Assembly (NCBI RefSeq): GCF_001194135.2
Contig: NC_068981.1
Coordinates: 66,706,189-66,770,188, forward strand
DNA from: Octopus bimaculoides
Taxonomy: Eukaryota
Reading direction: 5' to 3'
Length of the DNA: 64,000 nt
Made by a program: the position numbers and the translations under genes. The notes under the pieces were generated by a model. That model saw nothing but the letters and a program-made list of their open reading frames with translations. It searched no databases and had not been told where the DNA came from. Shown here piece by piece: positions 63,807-64,000 of this stretch. How positions within the stretch are numbered: the first letter of the stretch is position 1; every line of letters starts with the position of its first letter.

Positions 63807-63961
63807 GGAAGAAACAGCCGTAGAAATCATGCCAAAGTAGACAATAGAGCTTGTTGCAGGCCAAGACAATAGTGCTTGGTGCAGCTGATTTGCCAGCTCC
63901 TGTCAAACATTCCAACCTATGCTAGCATGTAAAAATGAACGTTAAATGATGATCACGATTA

Positions 63962-64000
<39 letters not shown>

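Overview
AT-rich, microsatellite-dense eukaryotic genomic DNA from a gapped draft assembly with many N runs, including 10-N gaps with duplicated flanks. The SINE/LINE repertoire points to an octopus genome (inference from recognising the repeat families). Most of the window is decayed mobile DNA: three tRNA-headed SINE families, RTE LINE fragments and an RTE-type 3' tail family, R4/Dong and HERO restriction-like-endonuclease retrotransposon remnants, Penelope-like remnants, and mariner, piggyBac-like, hAT-like and Merlin-like DNA elements. The only confidently recognisable host coding sequence is the last exon of a LAGE3/Pcc1 (KEOPS subunit) gene on the + strand at 54351-54462. Candidate exons of an unidentified minus-strand gene lie at about 1.8-2.3, 5.5, 22.1 and 30.2-31.0 kb. 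Highlights: a minimal hammerhead ribozyme inside a 313-bp Penelope-type mini-element bounded by perfect 37-bp inverted repeats (48187-48499); a 157-bp perfectly identical inverted duplication that copies a SINE/MITE junction (26738-27253); and a repeat family carrying tandem C2H2 zinc fingers. There are no rRNA genes, true tRNA genes or CRISPR arrays. Almost all ORFs in the supplied track are artefacts of microsatellites or N gaps. All alignments were done by eye and family assignments are from memory of consensus motifs.
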